Assembly (NCBI GenBank): GCA_903864435.1
Contig: CAIPFY010000373.1
Coordinates: 15,829-79,828, forward strand
Length of the DNA stretch: 64,000 bases
Reading direction: 5' to 3'
From: an uncultured Chloroflexota bacterium
Lineage (GTDB): Bacteria > Chloroflexota > Anaerolineae > Aggregatilineales > Phototrophicaceae
Each line of letters begins with the position of its first letter. The stretch's first letter is position 1. Made by a program: the position numbers and the translations under genes. A model generated the notes under the pieces. The model worked only from the letters and a program-made list of their open reading frames with translations. It searched no databases and was not told where the DNA came from. Below are positions 51,005 to 59,808 of the stretch, piece after piece.

Positions 51005-51988
51005 CTATTGAGGATTGGCTTCGACCACCGGGGTGTCCAGCGTTTGCAGGTTGCTCTCGCGCTGCGCCAACCAGTTGATCGTGCTGAGCGCGGCCTTGCA
51101 ACCGTCGCCCGCCGCCGTGATCGCCTGCCGGAAGATGCTATCGTGGATTTCGCCCGCCGCGAACACGCCGTCTACGTTGGTCGCCATGTGACCGTCAATC
51201 ACCACGTAGCCGGAATGATCGAGCGCCAATTGCGTCCCGAACAGGCGGCTGTTGGGGTCGTAGCCGATGAAGATGAACACGCCATCGGTAGGCTGTTCGC
51301 TGGTTTCGCCCGTCTTGAGGTTCTTGAGGACAATCTGCTTGACCGTGCCAGTGGTCGCATCGCCCTTGATCTCCTCGATCACCGTATCGTAGGTGAAGCT
51401 GATCTTGGGGTTGGCGAACGCCCGCGTTTGCAGCGCCACACTCGCCCGCAGGCTGTCGCGGCGGTGGACGATGTTCACGGTCTTGCCGAACTTGGTCAGG
51501 AACAACGCCTCTTGCAGCGCCGAGTCGCCACCGCCCGCAACGGTGATGGTCTTGTTGCGGAAAAAGAAGCCGTCGCAGGTGGCGCAATAGCTCACGCCGC
51601 GCCCCACGTACTGCTTCTCGCCGGGGATGCCCAGTTCACGCGGGTTCGCGCCGACGGTGACAATCACCGCGTCCGCCGAGTAGGTTTCGCCGCCCTCGGT
51701 TTCGATGCGGAAGGGCGACCCGTGTTCAAAGTCCACTTTGCTCACGGTGTCCCACACCAGCTTCGCGCCGAACTTCTCGGCCTGCTGCTTCATGTTCTCG
51801 ACCAGTTCGGGGCCGGTTGTCCCTTGCGGGAAACCGGGGAAGTTCTCCACTTCATGCGTGGTCGAAATCTGCCCGCCCAGCAGCTTACCCACGAAAACCG
51901 TTGTGCTCAACTGCGCCCGCGAGGTATACAGCGCCGCCGTCAATCCGGCGGGGCCGGAACCAATGACTACTACCCGTTCGCGTTTCAT
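51005..51988 (-). CDS. trxB: Thioredoxin-disulfide reductase
   Basis: VIGSGPAG, the redox-active CATCDG and GGGDSA motifs. 327 aa. Confidence 0.95.
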   Translation of the reverse strand: MKRERVVVIGSGPAGLTAALYTSRAQLSTTVFVGKLLGGQISTTHEVENFPGFPQGTTGPELVENMKQQAEKFGAKLVWDTVSKVDFEHGSPFRIETEGGETYSADAVIVTVGANPRELGIPGEKQYVGRGVSYCATCDGFFFRNKTITVAGGGDSALQEALFLTKFGKTVNIVHRRDSLRASVALQTRAFANPKISFTYDTVIEEIKGDATTGTVKQIVLKNLKTGETSEQPTDGVFIFIGYDPNSRLFGTQLALDHSGYVVIDGHMATNVDGVFAAGEIHDSIFRQAITAAGDGCKAALSTINWLAQRESNLQTLDTPVVEANPQ

Positions 51989-52020
51989 TCCGTTTTTACC
52001 CTTATCTGTTCGCTAAGCAA

Positions 52021-52085
52021 CCTCACCCCTCTTATCCCCTCTCCGCTCGGAGAGGGGAAGCCAAGCGCAGCGCAGCGGGGTGAGG
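52021..52085. repeat. Nested-palindrome GC-rich intergenic repeat
   Basis: Outer arms CCTCACCCC (52021-29) / GGGGTGAGG (52077-85). Inner hairpin CCCCTCTCC-GCTC-GGAGAGGGG (52036-57). It lies in the 52021-52085 part of the 51989-52085 gap between the anti-sigma stop and the trxB start, abutting the anti-sigma stop. Confidence 0.75.
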
Positions 52086-52355
52086 TTATCTTCCCGCGCT
52101 GGTGTCCAACTGACCACTTCGTTCGGCGCGGAGGATGCACAGCAACGCCTGAAATTCCTCGGCACAGTCTGGACAGCACGCCAGATGTGCTTCGACATCC
52201 GGCCACAGGTCATGCAGGTTGGCTCCCGCCGATACCTTCTCGGCGAAGCATTCCAACTGGCAACCGCAACTTTCGCAGTCCATCGCTTCATCCTGATGGC
52301 TGACGAAAATGCAGTCTATAAGTTTGCGTAGTGGATCGTCTTGCCCTGTCGTCAT
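52086..52355 (-). CDS. Small soluble Cys-rich protein with HxxxCxxC (zf-HC2/ZAS-like) motif; putative redox-sensing anti-sigma factor
   Basis: 89 aa, 9 Cys, no TM helix. EAHLACCPDCAEEF fits H-x3-C-x2-C. Located immediately downstream of a sigma-70-family gene. Confidence 0.55.
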   Translation of the reverse strand: MTTGQDDPLRKLIDCIFVSHQDEAMDCESCGCQLECFAEKVSAGANLHDLWPDVEAHLACCPDCAEEFQALLCILRAERSGQLDTSAGR

Positions 52356-52434
52356 GGATTCAGCCTGTCGCTACCTGTCATGAACTTGGACGAACAGAAA
52401 GGTTGTATTCTTACCAGCGAAAATCGCGTTTCAC

Positions 52435-53091
52435 CTAACGGTCTTCAAACAGGTTCAGCATATAATGCGTGGAAAGCCCCTCGCTTTCCAGATGGGCACG
52501 CAGTTTGCGGCGGGCATCGTGGATGAGCTTATATAGCGCGTTGCGGTTCGTCCCCATGCGTTCGGCTAGAATTTCGAGGGGGACGCCCTGCAAGGCCATC
52601 GCCACCAGCGCCTGCCGTTGGCGCTCGGTCAAATCTTCGTCCAGCGCCCGCTGAATCTTGAGCATGACATCGGCGCGTTCGGTGGTTGCTTCGGGGCCGG
52701 GTTCCGGGCTGCCGGTGATGCTGGCAGCGGAGGCCGGCAACAGATCGCCCTCGGCGGTCATGTTCTCAAGGCTGAAGTCTTTATAACGGGCGCGGCGCAA
52801 ATCGCTGATCGCCACGCGCACTGCAATCTTGGTCGCCCATGTGGTGAAGCGGCTGTCCCCGCGAAAACTGCCGAGGTTGTCCATCACGCGCAGGGTGGCA
52901 TCTTGCGCGAGGTCTTCCGCCATGCGGGTCAGTTCGACGGCGGGAAGGTGGGTGAGGTCGCTGCGTTCGCGGCTGAGGTAGTAAAAGATGCCGCGCTGTA
53001 AACGTTCGCGCAGGTCTTCTAAGGCCGGGGATTGTGCTTCTGGCGAACCCGTCAGGTCAACCAGCCATTGTTCGTTCGTGCGGTCAGTCAT
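52435..53091 (-). CDS. ECF-like sigma-70 family factor with N-terminal extension and long region2-region4 linker
   Basis: Region 2 (DLAQDATLRVMDNLGSFRGDSRFTTWATKIAVRVAISDLRR) and region 4 (LTERQRQALVAMALQGVPLEILAERMGTNRNALYKLIHDARRKLR). Confidence 0.85.
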   Translation of the reverse strand: MTDRTNEQWLVDLTGSPEAQSPALEDLRERLQRGIFYYLSRERSDLTHLPAVELTRMAEDLAQDATLRVMDNLGSFRGDSRFTTWATKIAVRVAISDLRRARYKDFSLENMTAEGDLLPASAASITGSPEPGPEATTERADVMLKIQRALDEDLTERQRQALVAMALQGVPLEILAERMGTNRNALYKLIHDARRKLRAHLESEGLSTHYMLNLFEDR

Positions 53092-53117
53092 ATAAAGATT
53101 GTACTGTTCAGGTCGGC

Positions 53118-53618
53118 TTATTCGTTCACGCGCTCAAATTTGATTCGCAGCACCAGATGCCCCAAACGCACATCGTCCCCGTCGCGCAGGATGCGCGGCT
53201 GCTGGGCAACAAGGCGCTGCCCGTTCAAGTAGGTGCCGTTGTGACTACCCTGATCCACAATGCTGAGTGAACCATCGCGGCGGACGATGGTCGCGTGACG
53301 GCGCGACACCCCTTTTTCAGTAGCGCCATAATTCTGCAAATCCACTTCGGGGGATGAGTTGGTATCGGGATCATAACGTCCGATAGTGAGTTCATTCACC
53401 GTACCGGCATCGAACACGAATGGCTGTTGAACACCACGCACATACACCAGCAGGTTCGTGCGTGAGCCAAATCGAGCTGTCCCCCACCGGGGCTGATTTT
53501 CCTCGAAGTCGGTATCACCCAGCCCGCGAGTGGCAACCCGCCGCGAATATTCTTCTTCAGTTTCGTAGTGGTGTTTCGACGGTTTTTCTTCCACGTGACT
53601 CACCCTAACCCGACGCAT
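53118..53618 (-). CDS. FHA-domain protein
   Basis: The C-terminal LTIGRYDP...GVSRRHATIVRRDGSLSIVDQGSHNGTYLNGQRL...LRDGDDVRLG is a canonical FHA domain. Confidence 0.85.
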   Translation of the reverse strand: MRRVRVSHVEEKPSKHHYETEEEYSRRVATRGLGDTDFEENQPRWGTARFGSRTNLLVYVRGVQQPFVFDAGTVNELTIGRYDPDTNSSPEVDLQNYGATEKGVSRRHATIVRRDGSLSIVDQGSHNGTYLNGQRLVAQQPRILRDGDDVRLGHLVLRIKFERVNE

Positions 53619-53735
53619 CGGTGCATTGTAACATTAAACACTTGTTGCACAACTCGTAAGAAAACCCCTCATTTAATTCTAACACAATTACGATGAATAG
53701 AAGTATGCAGCAGACTGATAAAATACTACAATAGT

Positions 53736-53949
53736 TAGGTTCAGCGTGGGTACTTGCTTTAGCACCGCCGGACACCCTACTCAGGTGGGGAATTTCCTGT
53801 AGGTTCGGTGAGGGCGGGCGCATCAAAATTTACCACACGGTTATGAAGGGTCAGGGTGGGTCGTGCCGTTGCACGTCCTCGCAAAACCGTGATGACCATT
53901 TAAGAACCCGTAAAAATTTGATGTGTTCATCCTATACGTTCGGTGAGGG
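53736..53949. repeat. Three copies of a ~17-19-nt motif in the long AT-rich ftsH upstream region
   Basis: CCTGTAGGTTCGGTGAGGG (53796-53814) and CCTATACGTTCGGTGAGGG (53931-53949) match 17/19. A degenerate copy TAGGTTCAGCGTGGGTA lies at 53736-53752. Confidence 0.5.
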
Positions 53950-54093
53950 TATATTGACCGACCGATTGATGATCGTTATCATCTGGTGATAGGGATTTAT
54001 CAGCAAGTGGTTATCCTCGCAGTCCGTCATCCTTCCATTTGTCAGCGAGCGTAGAAAGGAGAGAGGCGCGATGATGGGTCATCCCCTAAAAAG

Positions 54094-56052
54094 GTGTTCC
54101 CCCGCGCCGTCGGCGTGAATAATAAACCCGATCCCAATACCGACAACAACAACAGCTCCCCGTTTCAGAACAAGAATGCACAGCGTTTCTGGTTGATTCT
54201 CGGCGCTGTGGTACTCATTCTGTTCATCTTCGCGTTCGCCGCCCCCAATAATATGTCCAGCGGCAACCGTGTGTCGCTCGACAATCTGGCGAGTTATGTG
54301 CGCGAGGGTCAGGTGCAAACCATGATCGTGCGCGGGGGACAGGATGTCGTCGCGGAATTGATTAACGGTTCCTCGGTATCGTACTACAAAGAGCGCGAAA
54401 CCGACCTGTTCGCCTCTCTGCGCACGTTCGGAGTCACGGACGAAGAACTGGCGGGCATCAGCTATTCGGAACAGCCGGGCGACAACACCACCGGTATTCT
54501 GCTCCAGCTGCTAGTAGCCGTCGTGCCAACCCTGCTCATCATCTGGTTGCTGTGGCGCATGATGCGCTCGGTTCGCACCGGGCAAGATCAAGCCATGAGC
54601 TTTGGTCGCAGCCGCGCCCGCGTCACCCGTGACATGGAACGCCCGCAAGTGACGTTTCAGGATGTGGCTGGCTGTGAAGAAGCCAAAGAAGAACTGAAAG
54701 AAGTGGTGGAATTCCTGAAAGAACCGGAAAAGTTCATCCGGTTGGGCGCACGCATTCCCAAAGGCGTGTTGATGGTTGGCCCGCCCGGAACCGGCAAGAC
54801 GCTGATGGCGCGTGCGGTGGCCGGTGAAGCGGCTGTGCCGTTCTTCAGCATTTCCGGCTCGGAATTCGTGGAAATGTTCGTCGGTGTGGGTGCCAGCCGC
54901 GTGCGCGATCTGTTTGAACGCGCCAAAGCCGAAGCCCCCGCCATCATCTTCGTGGATGAAATTGACGCGGTAGGCCGTCATCGTGGCGCAGGCTTGGGCG
55001 GCGGTCATGACGAACGCGAACAAACCCTGAACCAGATTCTAGTCGAGATGGATGGTTTTGAAACCGGCACCAACGTGATCGTGTGCGCGGCCACCAACCG
55101 CCCGGACATCCTCGATCCGGCGCTGCTGCGCCCCGGACGCTTTGACCGCAAGGTGGTCATGGATAACCCGGACATCAAGGGTCGCCATGAAATCCTGAAG
55201 GTGCATACGAAGGGCAAGCCCCTCGCGCCGGATGCCGATATGGATCGTCTGGCGAAGATGACGGTGGGCTTCTCCGGCGCTGACCTCGAAAACCTGATTA
55301 ACGAAGCGGCCATCCTCACGGCGCGGCGCAACAAAAAGGCCGTCGGCATGAGCGAACTAACCGAAAGCATGGATCGCGTGACGATGGGGCCGGAACGTAA
55401 GTCCCGCGTGATCTCTGAGAAGGACAAGCTGACGACGGCTTACCACGAAGCCGGTCATGCGGTGCTGTTCTACTTCCTGAAGTACACCGATCCGGTGCAT
55501 AAGATTACGATTGTGCCGCGTGGGCGGGCGGGCGGGTACGTGCTGCCGCTGCCGGACGAGGACATCTTTGGTCGCTCGAAGGAATACTTCGAGGATACGA
55601 TTGCCGCCGCGCTGGGCGGACGCGCCGCCGAGGAAATCGTGTTCAACCAGTTCACGACGGGCGCGAGTAACGACCTTCAGCGCGTGACCAGCATGGCGCG
55701 GGCGATGGTGACGCAGTACGGCATGAGCGACTCGCTCGGCCCGCGCACCTTCGGTTCGGGCACCGGCATGGTGTTTTTGGGACGTGAAATGGCGGAACAG
55801 CGCGACTACAGCGAACAGGCCGCCGAGGAAATTGACAGCGAAGTGCGCCGCATCCTGCAAACCGCCTACGGTCGCGCCAAAGAAGTGCTGACCGAACACC
55901 GCGACAAGCTGGATAAGCTGGTCACAATCCTGCTGGAGCAGGAAACGCTTGACCGTCCGTTGTTCGAGGAAGTCATGGAGGGCAAGGTGAGCGTGAGCAG
56001 CAGCGGCCCCGCCGCCAGCGCCGACGCGCCCACCGCGCAGCCCGCCACCTAG
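54094..56052 (+). CDS. ftsH: ATP-dependent zinc metalloprotease FtsH
   Basis: Two TM helices, Walker A GPPGTGKT, Walker [31 protein letters not shown], and zinc site HEAGHA. Start uncertain (GTG at 54094 or 54115). Confidence 0.95.
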   Translation: MFPRAVGVNNKPDPNTDNNNSSPFQNKNAQRFWLILGAVVLILFIFAFAAPNNMSSGNRVSLDNLASYVREGQVQTMIVRGGQDVVAELINGSSVSYYKERETDLFASLRTFGVTDEELAGISYSEQPGDNTTGILLQLLVAVVPTLLIIWLLWRMMRSVRTGQDQAMSFGRSRARVTRDMERPQVTFQDVAGCEEAKEELKEVVEFLKEPEKFIRLGARIPKGVLMVGPPGTGKTLMARAVAGEAAVPFFSISGSEFVEMFVGVGASRVRDLFERAKAEAPAIIFVDEIDAVGRHRGAGLGGGHDEREQTLNQILVEMDGFETGTNVIVCAATNRPDILDPALLRPGRFDRKVVMDNPDIKGRHEILKVHTKGKPLAPDADMDRLAKMTVGFSGADLENLINEAAILTARRNKKAVGMSELTESMDRVTMGPERKSRVISEKDKLTTAYHEAGHAVLFYFLKYTDPVHKITIVPRGRAGGYVLPLPDEDIFGRSKEYFEDTIAAALGGRAAEEIVFNQFTTGASNDLQRVTSMARAMVTQYGMSDSLGPRTFGSGTGMVFLGREMAEQRDYSEQAAEEIDSEVRRILQTAYGRAKEVLTEHRDKLDKLVTILLEQETLDRPLFEEVMEGKVSVSSSGPAASADAPTAQPAT

Positions 56053-56077
56053 TTCACATCTGCTCGGTTCGATTTGC

Positions 56078-56114
56078 AAAACCGGGGGCTGTCCCTACAG
56101 TCTCCCGGTTTTTG
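56078..56114 (+). terminator. Probable rho-independent terminator after ftsH
   Basis: AAAACCGGGGG...CTCCCGGTTTTTG: an imperfect stem with a ~15-nt loop. Confidence 0.55.
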
Positions 56115-56133
56115 TATATACAGGCGGTACTTG

Positions 56134-56700
56134 ATGAAGCAGATCTGTGTTTTCTGTGGTTCGGCGCTGGGCGCACAGGCGGATTATGCCCGCGCTGCGC
56201 ATCAGTTGGGGCGAGGGCTGGCAACGCGGGGATTGGGGCTGGTGTATGGCGGTGCCAGCGAAGGGCTAATGGGGCGCGTGGCACAGGGGGCGCTGGAACA
56301 CGGCGGGCGCGTGGTGGGCGTCATCCCGAAGGCGCTGGAAGCCCGCGAAATCTCCCACAACGGCTTGAGCGAGTTGCACGTCGTCGGCTCGATGCACGAA
56401 CGCAAGGCGCTGATGGCGGATATGGCGGATGCGTTCATCGCCATGCCGGGGGGAATCGGCACGCTGGACGAGTTGTGCGAGATCATCACATGGGCGCAAC
56501 TGGGGCTGCATCACAAAGGCATCGCGCTGCTGAATGTGAACGGCTACTTCGATCCGTTCATCGCCTTTCTCGACCATGCGGTGCAGGAAGGGTTCATCAA
56601 AGCCTCGCAGCGCAAGCTGCTGGTGGTCAATCCCGATCCCGATGGGCTGCTGGATTTCCTGATGAACTACCGTGCGCCCGTCACCAACAAATGGATATAG
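56134..56700 (+). CDS. LOG-family protein (cytokinin riboside 5'-monophosphate phosphoribohydrolase-like, TIGR00730)
   Basis: ICVFCGS, LVYGGASEGLMG, MHERK and PGGIGTLDE motifs. ATG at 56134. Confidence 0.9.
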   Translation: MKQICVFCGSALGAQADYARAAHQLGRGLATRGLGLVYGGASEGLMGRVAQGALEHGGRVVGVIPKALEAREISHNGLSELHVVGSMHERKALMADMADAFIAMPGGIGTLDELCEIITWAQLGLHHKGIALLNVNGYFDPFIAFLDHAVQEGFIKASQRKLLVVNPDPDGLLDFLMNYRAPVTNKWI

Positions 56701-56748
56701 CCCTCATCCCCCGTCTCTTCTCCCAAGTGGCGAAGGGGGCGCAGAGGG
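56701..56748. repeat. Motif b copy filling the convergent intergenic gap
   Basis: CCCTCATCCCCCGTCTCTTCTCCCAAGTGGCGAAGGGGGCGCAGAGGG. Positions 56718-56737 are identical to 15433-15452. Confidence 0.75.
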
Positions 56749-57324
56749 TCAGCCACCCATAGCTGCTAATTTCTCCGTGATTTGCGCCCGCAGGTGCGTC
56801 ATGAAGGCGCTGCCTGCCCCCGCCCGCAAGTCGAAATCGGCCAACGCCGCCCGGTAGTGCGCCGCCGCGCCCCCATCATCGCCCTGCGCCCGCGCCAGAT
56901 CGCCCGCCGTTTGCGCCCAGCGCCATGTGACGGGCTGGGCTTCTGCCAGCGCCCGCGCCGCCGCCAGATCGCCGCCTTTTTCCAGCAACCACACCAACCG
57001 TTCCGTCAGGCGTTCGTCATGCGGACGCAAGGCGCAGGCAGTCTCCAGCGCATGGCAGGCCGCTGCCCAGTCGTCCAGTTCATAGTGCAGAACGGATTCC
57101 TGCGCGTGGTCATCGGCGCTCGGCAGGGTGAGCGCCGCCAGATCAGCCAGCGCCGCCCGCAAATGGTCTGCGCCGCCGATGCGCTGCTGCACCGAAGCCC
57201 GCAGCCGCCGCGCCTCGTCATCCGCCGGTTGCGCCGTCAGATGGGCATCCAGCGCGTCCAGCGCGTCCACCAGTTCGCCCGCACGAATAAAGGCTTCGGC
57301 TAGTTGTAAAGGACTGTAAGGCAT
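56749..57324 (-). CDS. TPR-like helical repeat protein
   Basis: 191 aa, Ala/Leu-rich, with paired-helix repeats (LAEAFIRAGELVDALDALDAHL..., AAACHALETACALRPHDERL...). Confidence 0.6.
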   Translation of the reverse strand: MPYSPLQLAEAFIRAGELVDALDALDAHLTAQPADDEARRLRASVQQRIGGADHLRAALADLAALTLPSADDHAQESVLHYELDDWAAACHALETACALRPHDERLTERLVWLLEKGGDLAAARALAEAQPVTWRWAQTAGDLARAQGDDGGAAAHYRAALADFDLRAGAGSAFMTHLRAQITEKLAAMGG

Positions 57325-57487
57325 GGGTTATTCTTCTGCTACCTTTCTTGTGTACAAATGTACCCATCCGGGTTGTTCCTGCTTCATCCAGTCCTGCCAC
57401 TGCCCCAAAGGGCGTTGGTCTTACAGCCTATCCACCGGCAAGTTTTGTGTCCCGTCCTAGCCAGTACCGAGAACAGCGCGAATCACC

Positions 57488-57631
57488 TTACGGACTGCTC
57501 GCGCTCAGTCGTAACGCTTCGCTCAGGTCGCGGTCAAGCGTGAAACCGCAGACAGCGCACAGGAATGTTCGCTCGGACAAAGACAAGTCGGCTTTGCTAT
57601 CCCCACAGCACGGGTGAAATACTGCGCTTGC
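57488..57631 (-). pseudogene. tnpB: TnpB (IS605 OrfB-family) C-terminal remnant
   Basis: Minus-strand translation gives ...PCCGDSKADLSLSERTFLCAVCGFTLDRDLSEALRLSASSP*. This matches the CxxC...CxxC zinc finger and DRD of the TnpB C-terminus. It starts immediately after the tnpA stop, so ~350 N-terminal codons are absent. Confidence 0.7.
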
Positions 57632-58270
57632 TCAGCGGTTGGGTTCAACCGTATCCGGTGACTGCGGATCATGCGCCAACGCTTCCTTTAACGCTTTGCG
57701 ATAGTTTTTCAATCCGTACAAGCGACTGCTGAAACAGTGGACGATGGTCATCAGGTCTTCCACCATCTCGCGCTCTGGTGACACGCTCTCGCTGTTCATC
57801 ACCAGCAGCCCGCAACCCGCCTGTTCACACAGATGCTCAAGCAGGTCAAATCCGAAACGCGCCAGCCGATCTTGGTGTGCAATCACCAGTGTTCCGATTT
57901 CACCCGCCATGACTCGATCCATGAGCGTCAGGAACTTCTTGCGTTTGAAGTTCATGCCACCCCCAATTTCCTCAATCCATTCGTCTACTGCAATACCCCG
58001 TGCTGCACAGAACATCTCAAGCATATGACGCTGGTTTGCTAAATCGGGCTTTTGAGCAGCACTTGATACGCGGCAATAGACAACCACACTGCGGTGTTGG
58101 GGTGCAAACACCTGTCTCCGCAATTGCGACAGATGCTTCTCAGTGTAAACCCTGCGATTGGTGACGGTTCGGTCTGCAACCAACAATCCTTCCCGATCCC
58201 ATCGTTGCAGTGTTTTTACTGAAACGTTAATGATTTTTGCGAACTCGCCGACTGAAAATATACTCATCAT
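57632..58270 (-). CDS. tnpA: IS607-family transposase (MerR-type HTH fused to serine recombinase catalytic domain)
   Basis: FSVGEFAKIINVSVKTLQRWDREGLL (HTH). VVVYCRVSSAAQKPDLANQ (catalytic Ser context). IAHQDRLARFGF. Confidence 0.9.
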   Translation of the reverse strand: MMSIFSVGEFAKIINVSVKTLQRWDREGLLVADRTVTNRRVYTEKHLSQLRRQVFAPQHRSVVVYCRVSSAAQKPDLANQRHMLEMFCAARGIAVDEWIEEIGGGMNFKRKKFLTLMDRVMAGEIGTLVIAHQDRLARFGFDLLEHLCEQAGCGLLVMNSESVSPEREMVEDLMTIVHCFSSRLYGLKNYRKALKEALAHDPQSPDTVEPNR

Positions 58271-58276
58271 AAGTAC

Positions 58277-58306
58277 ATTTAAGCATACTTGGCAGTATTA
58301 AGTCAA
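58277..58306 (-). promoter_or_regulatory. Candidate promoter of tnpA (near-leaderless)
   Basis: On the minus strand: TTGACT (58306-58301), 18-nt spacer, TTAAAT (58282-58277), then 6 nt to the ATGATG. Confidence 0.4.
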
Positions 58307-58312
58307 CCCAGA

Positions 58313-58939
58313 TTAATCTCCCGGCAAGCCATAAATATACGCACGGCGGCGGGCATCCATCGCCGCGCCCAGTAGCGTCTGGTCACGGGAGCGCCATGTG
58401 GTATGAATATCGCGCACAAAACTGGTCAGCAGTTCCAGCGCCAGCCCTTTGAAATTGGTTTCGTCAATGGTGGACGCCTGCCGGGGCCAACCATAGCCCC
58501 ATGCGAACCATGACCCGTTGGGCAGGATCAGGAAATCGTAGAAAGAGGTCGCGTCGGAATCGCTGCCGATAAAGACCGCGATGCGCCCGCACTGTTCCTT
58601 GAACAAAATCCCCGGAATGCTGGCCTCGTCACGGGCATTGGGCCATGCTGTCCCCGGCAACGGCACGAACATCACGCTCCAATCCTCGATGGGGATTTGC
58701 AGCGCCCGCCGTCCCCCCCCCGCCGGATGTTCGACCAGACGGGGTTCGCCCATCTCGACTAATCCGCGTTCGCGGGCGCTATAGACCACCGCTTGCAGGG
58801 CGGCAAACAGCGAATCGGTGAACAGCAACGTTTGCTTGGTGAGGTAATCGCGCTGGTTGCGGCGGGCGAGCAGCAAGGTTTCGAGGGTATTGTAGGTTTT
58901 GTCAAAGGCTTTCTGTGCGTCCTCGCGGTCATGCAGCAT
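58313..58939 (-). CDS. Hypothetical protein, no recognised motif
   Basis: 208-aa ORF with ordinary composition. Its stop lies ~40 nt from the tnpA start region. Confidence 0.5.
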   Translation of the reverse strand: MLHDREDAQKAFDKTYNTLETLLLARRNQRDYLTKQTLLFTDSLFAALQAVVYSARERGLVEMGEPRLVEHPAGGGRRALQIPIEDWSVMFVPLPGTAWPNARDEASIPGILFKEQCGRIAVFIGSDSDATSFYDFLILPNGSWFAWGYGWPRQASTIDETNFKGLALELLTSFVRDIHTTWRSRDQTLLGAAMDARRRAYIYGLPGD

Positions 58940-59173
58940 AGACAGCCCTTCGTCACTAAAACGTTTCCTCCATCTTATGCCAGAGAGGGCGGGTTAGCAA
59001 ATGCCTTGCTCTTTTGAATAGATGGGCACAGCACGAATTTCAGTGTTACGCACACAATGCAATCAATCGAAATGAAGACCCATTCGTTTAGCCACAACCT
59101 GAGCTAATTGGTAAGAGGGAGACTCTTACTCCCCTTCGCCATAACGCGCAGCGGAAGGGCAGGGAATGCGGGT

Positions 59174-59719
59174 TCAGCGCACCCATTCGGGGCGCAGCAG
59201 GCCGTAGAGCAGCATGTCGTACCGTTCGCCGTCGCGCTCCATGAACTCGCGGAACGTCCCTTCGATCTGAAAACCGAGTCGTTCGTACAGGGCAATCGCG
59301 GCGTGATTATAGGCGAACACGGTGAGCTGAAGGCGGTACAGATTCAACTCGCGGAAGGCAAATTCCACCGCCAGCGTGAGCGCCTCGCGCCCGTAGCCTC
59401 GGCTGCGCTGCTCGTCCTCCCCGATGCCGATGGCAAGCCAACCGACGCGGTGCGCCCACAGAATATCCCCGATTTCCACGAAGCCGATCAGCGAGTCGGT
59501 GGCCTGCAACCGGATTCCCAGCAGGAAGGTTTCGCGCCCGCGCTGGCCTTCGCGCACCCATTCGGCGATTTGCACCTCGTTCTTGGGATAGGCGGGTTTG
59601 GCATCCAGCAGGCGCAAATACTCGTTGTCCTGTTGCCAGTGGGCGATGGTTTCGGTATCGGCGCTGTTCAGGGCGGTCAGGCGTACACGGTTGCCATTCA
59701 GAAGGGGCGTGAGCGTCAT
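59174..59719 (-). CDS. GNAT-family N-acetyltransferase (RimJ/RimL-like)
   Basis: IGIGEDEQRSRGYGREALTLAVEFAFRELNLYRLQLTVFAYNHAAIALYERLGF contains the acetyl-CoA binding R-x-x-G-x-G motif. Confidence 0.85.
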   Translation of the reverse strand: MTLTPLLNGNRVRLTALNSADTETIAHWQQDNEYLRLLDAKPAYPKNEVQIAEWVREGQRGRETFLLGIRLQATDSLIGFVEIGDILWAHRVGWLAIGIGEDEQRSRGYGREALTLAVEFAFRELNLYRLQLTVFAYNHAAIALYERLGFQIEGTFREFMERDGERYDMLLYGLLRPEWVR

Positions 59720-59808
59720 AGGGGCATCCTCCGGTTCGGGTTGTGCATTGTCCGCACAGGTCTGCGATGCTATTCTAACCTGAACCGATCAGGACACACA
59801 GCGATCTT

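Larger units (their letters stand above)
57335..58312 (-). mobile_element. IS607-family insertion sequence, tnpA intact, tnpB almost entirely deleted (boundaries approximate)
   Basis: A serine-recombinase transposase gene plus a 3' tnpB fragment and ~150 nt of non-coding tail. An 8-nt inverted match AAATGTAC (57355-57362 on +, 58273-58280 on -) could be a subterminal repeat. The exact ends cannot be set from one copy. Confidence 0.65.

Noticed and set aside
53759-53790. TTAGCACC half-site resembling the CIRCE (HrcA) operator upstream of ftsH
   Set aside because: The required inverted partner GAGTGCTAA, 9 nt away, is absent.
56060-56080. tRNA-like T-loop string GGTTCGATT downstream of ftsH
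   Set aside because: There is no flanking acceptor, D or anticodon stems and no cloverleaf can be drawn. It sits just before the ftsH terminator hairpin.
59108-59808. 233-codon N-terminal extension of the sulfatase-like ORF
   Set aside because: It is antisense to the well-supported GNAT gene (59174..59719). The sulfatase-fold homology begins at MSRTRPHILFIVLDTLRRD (ATG 59809).
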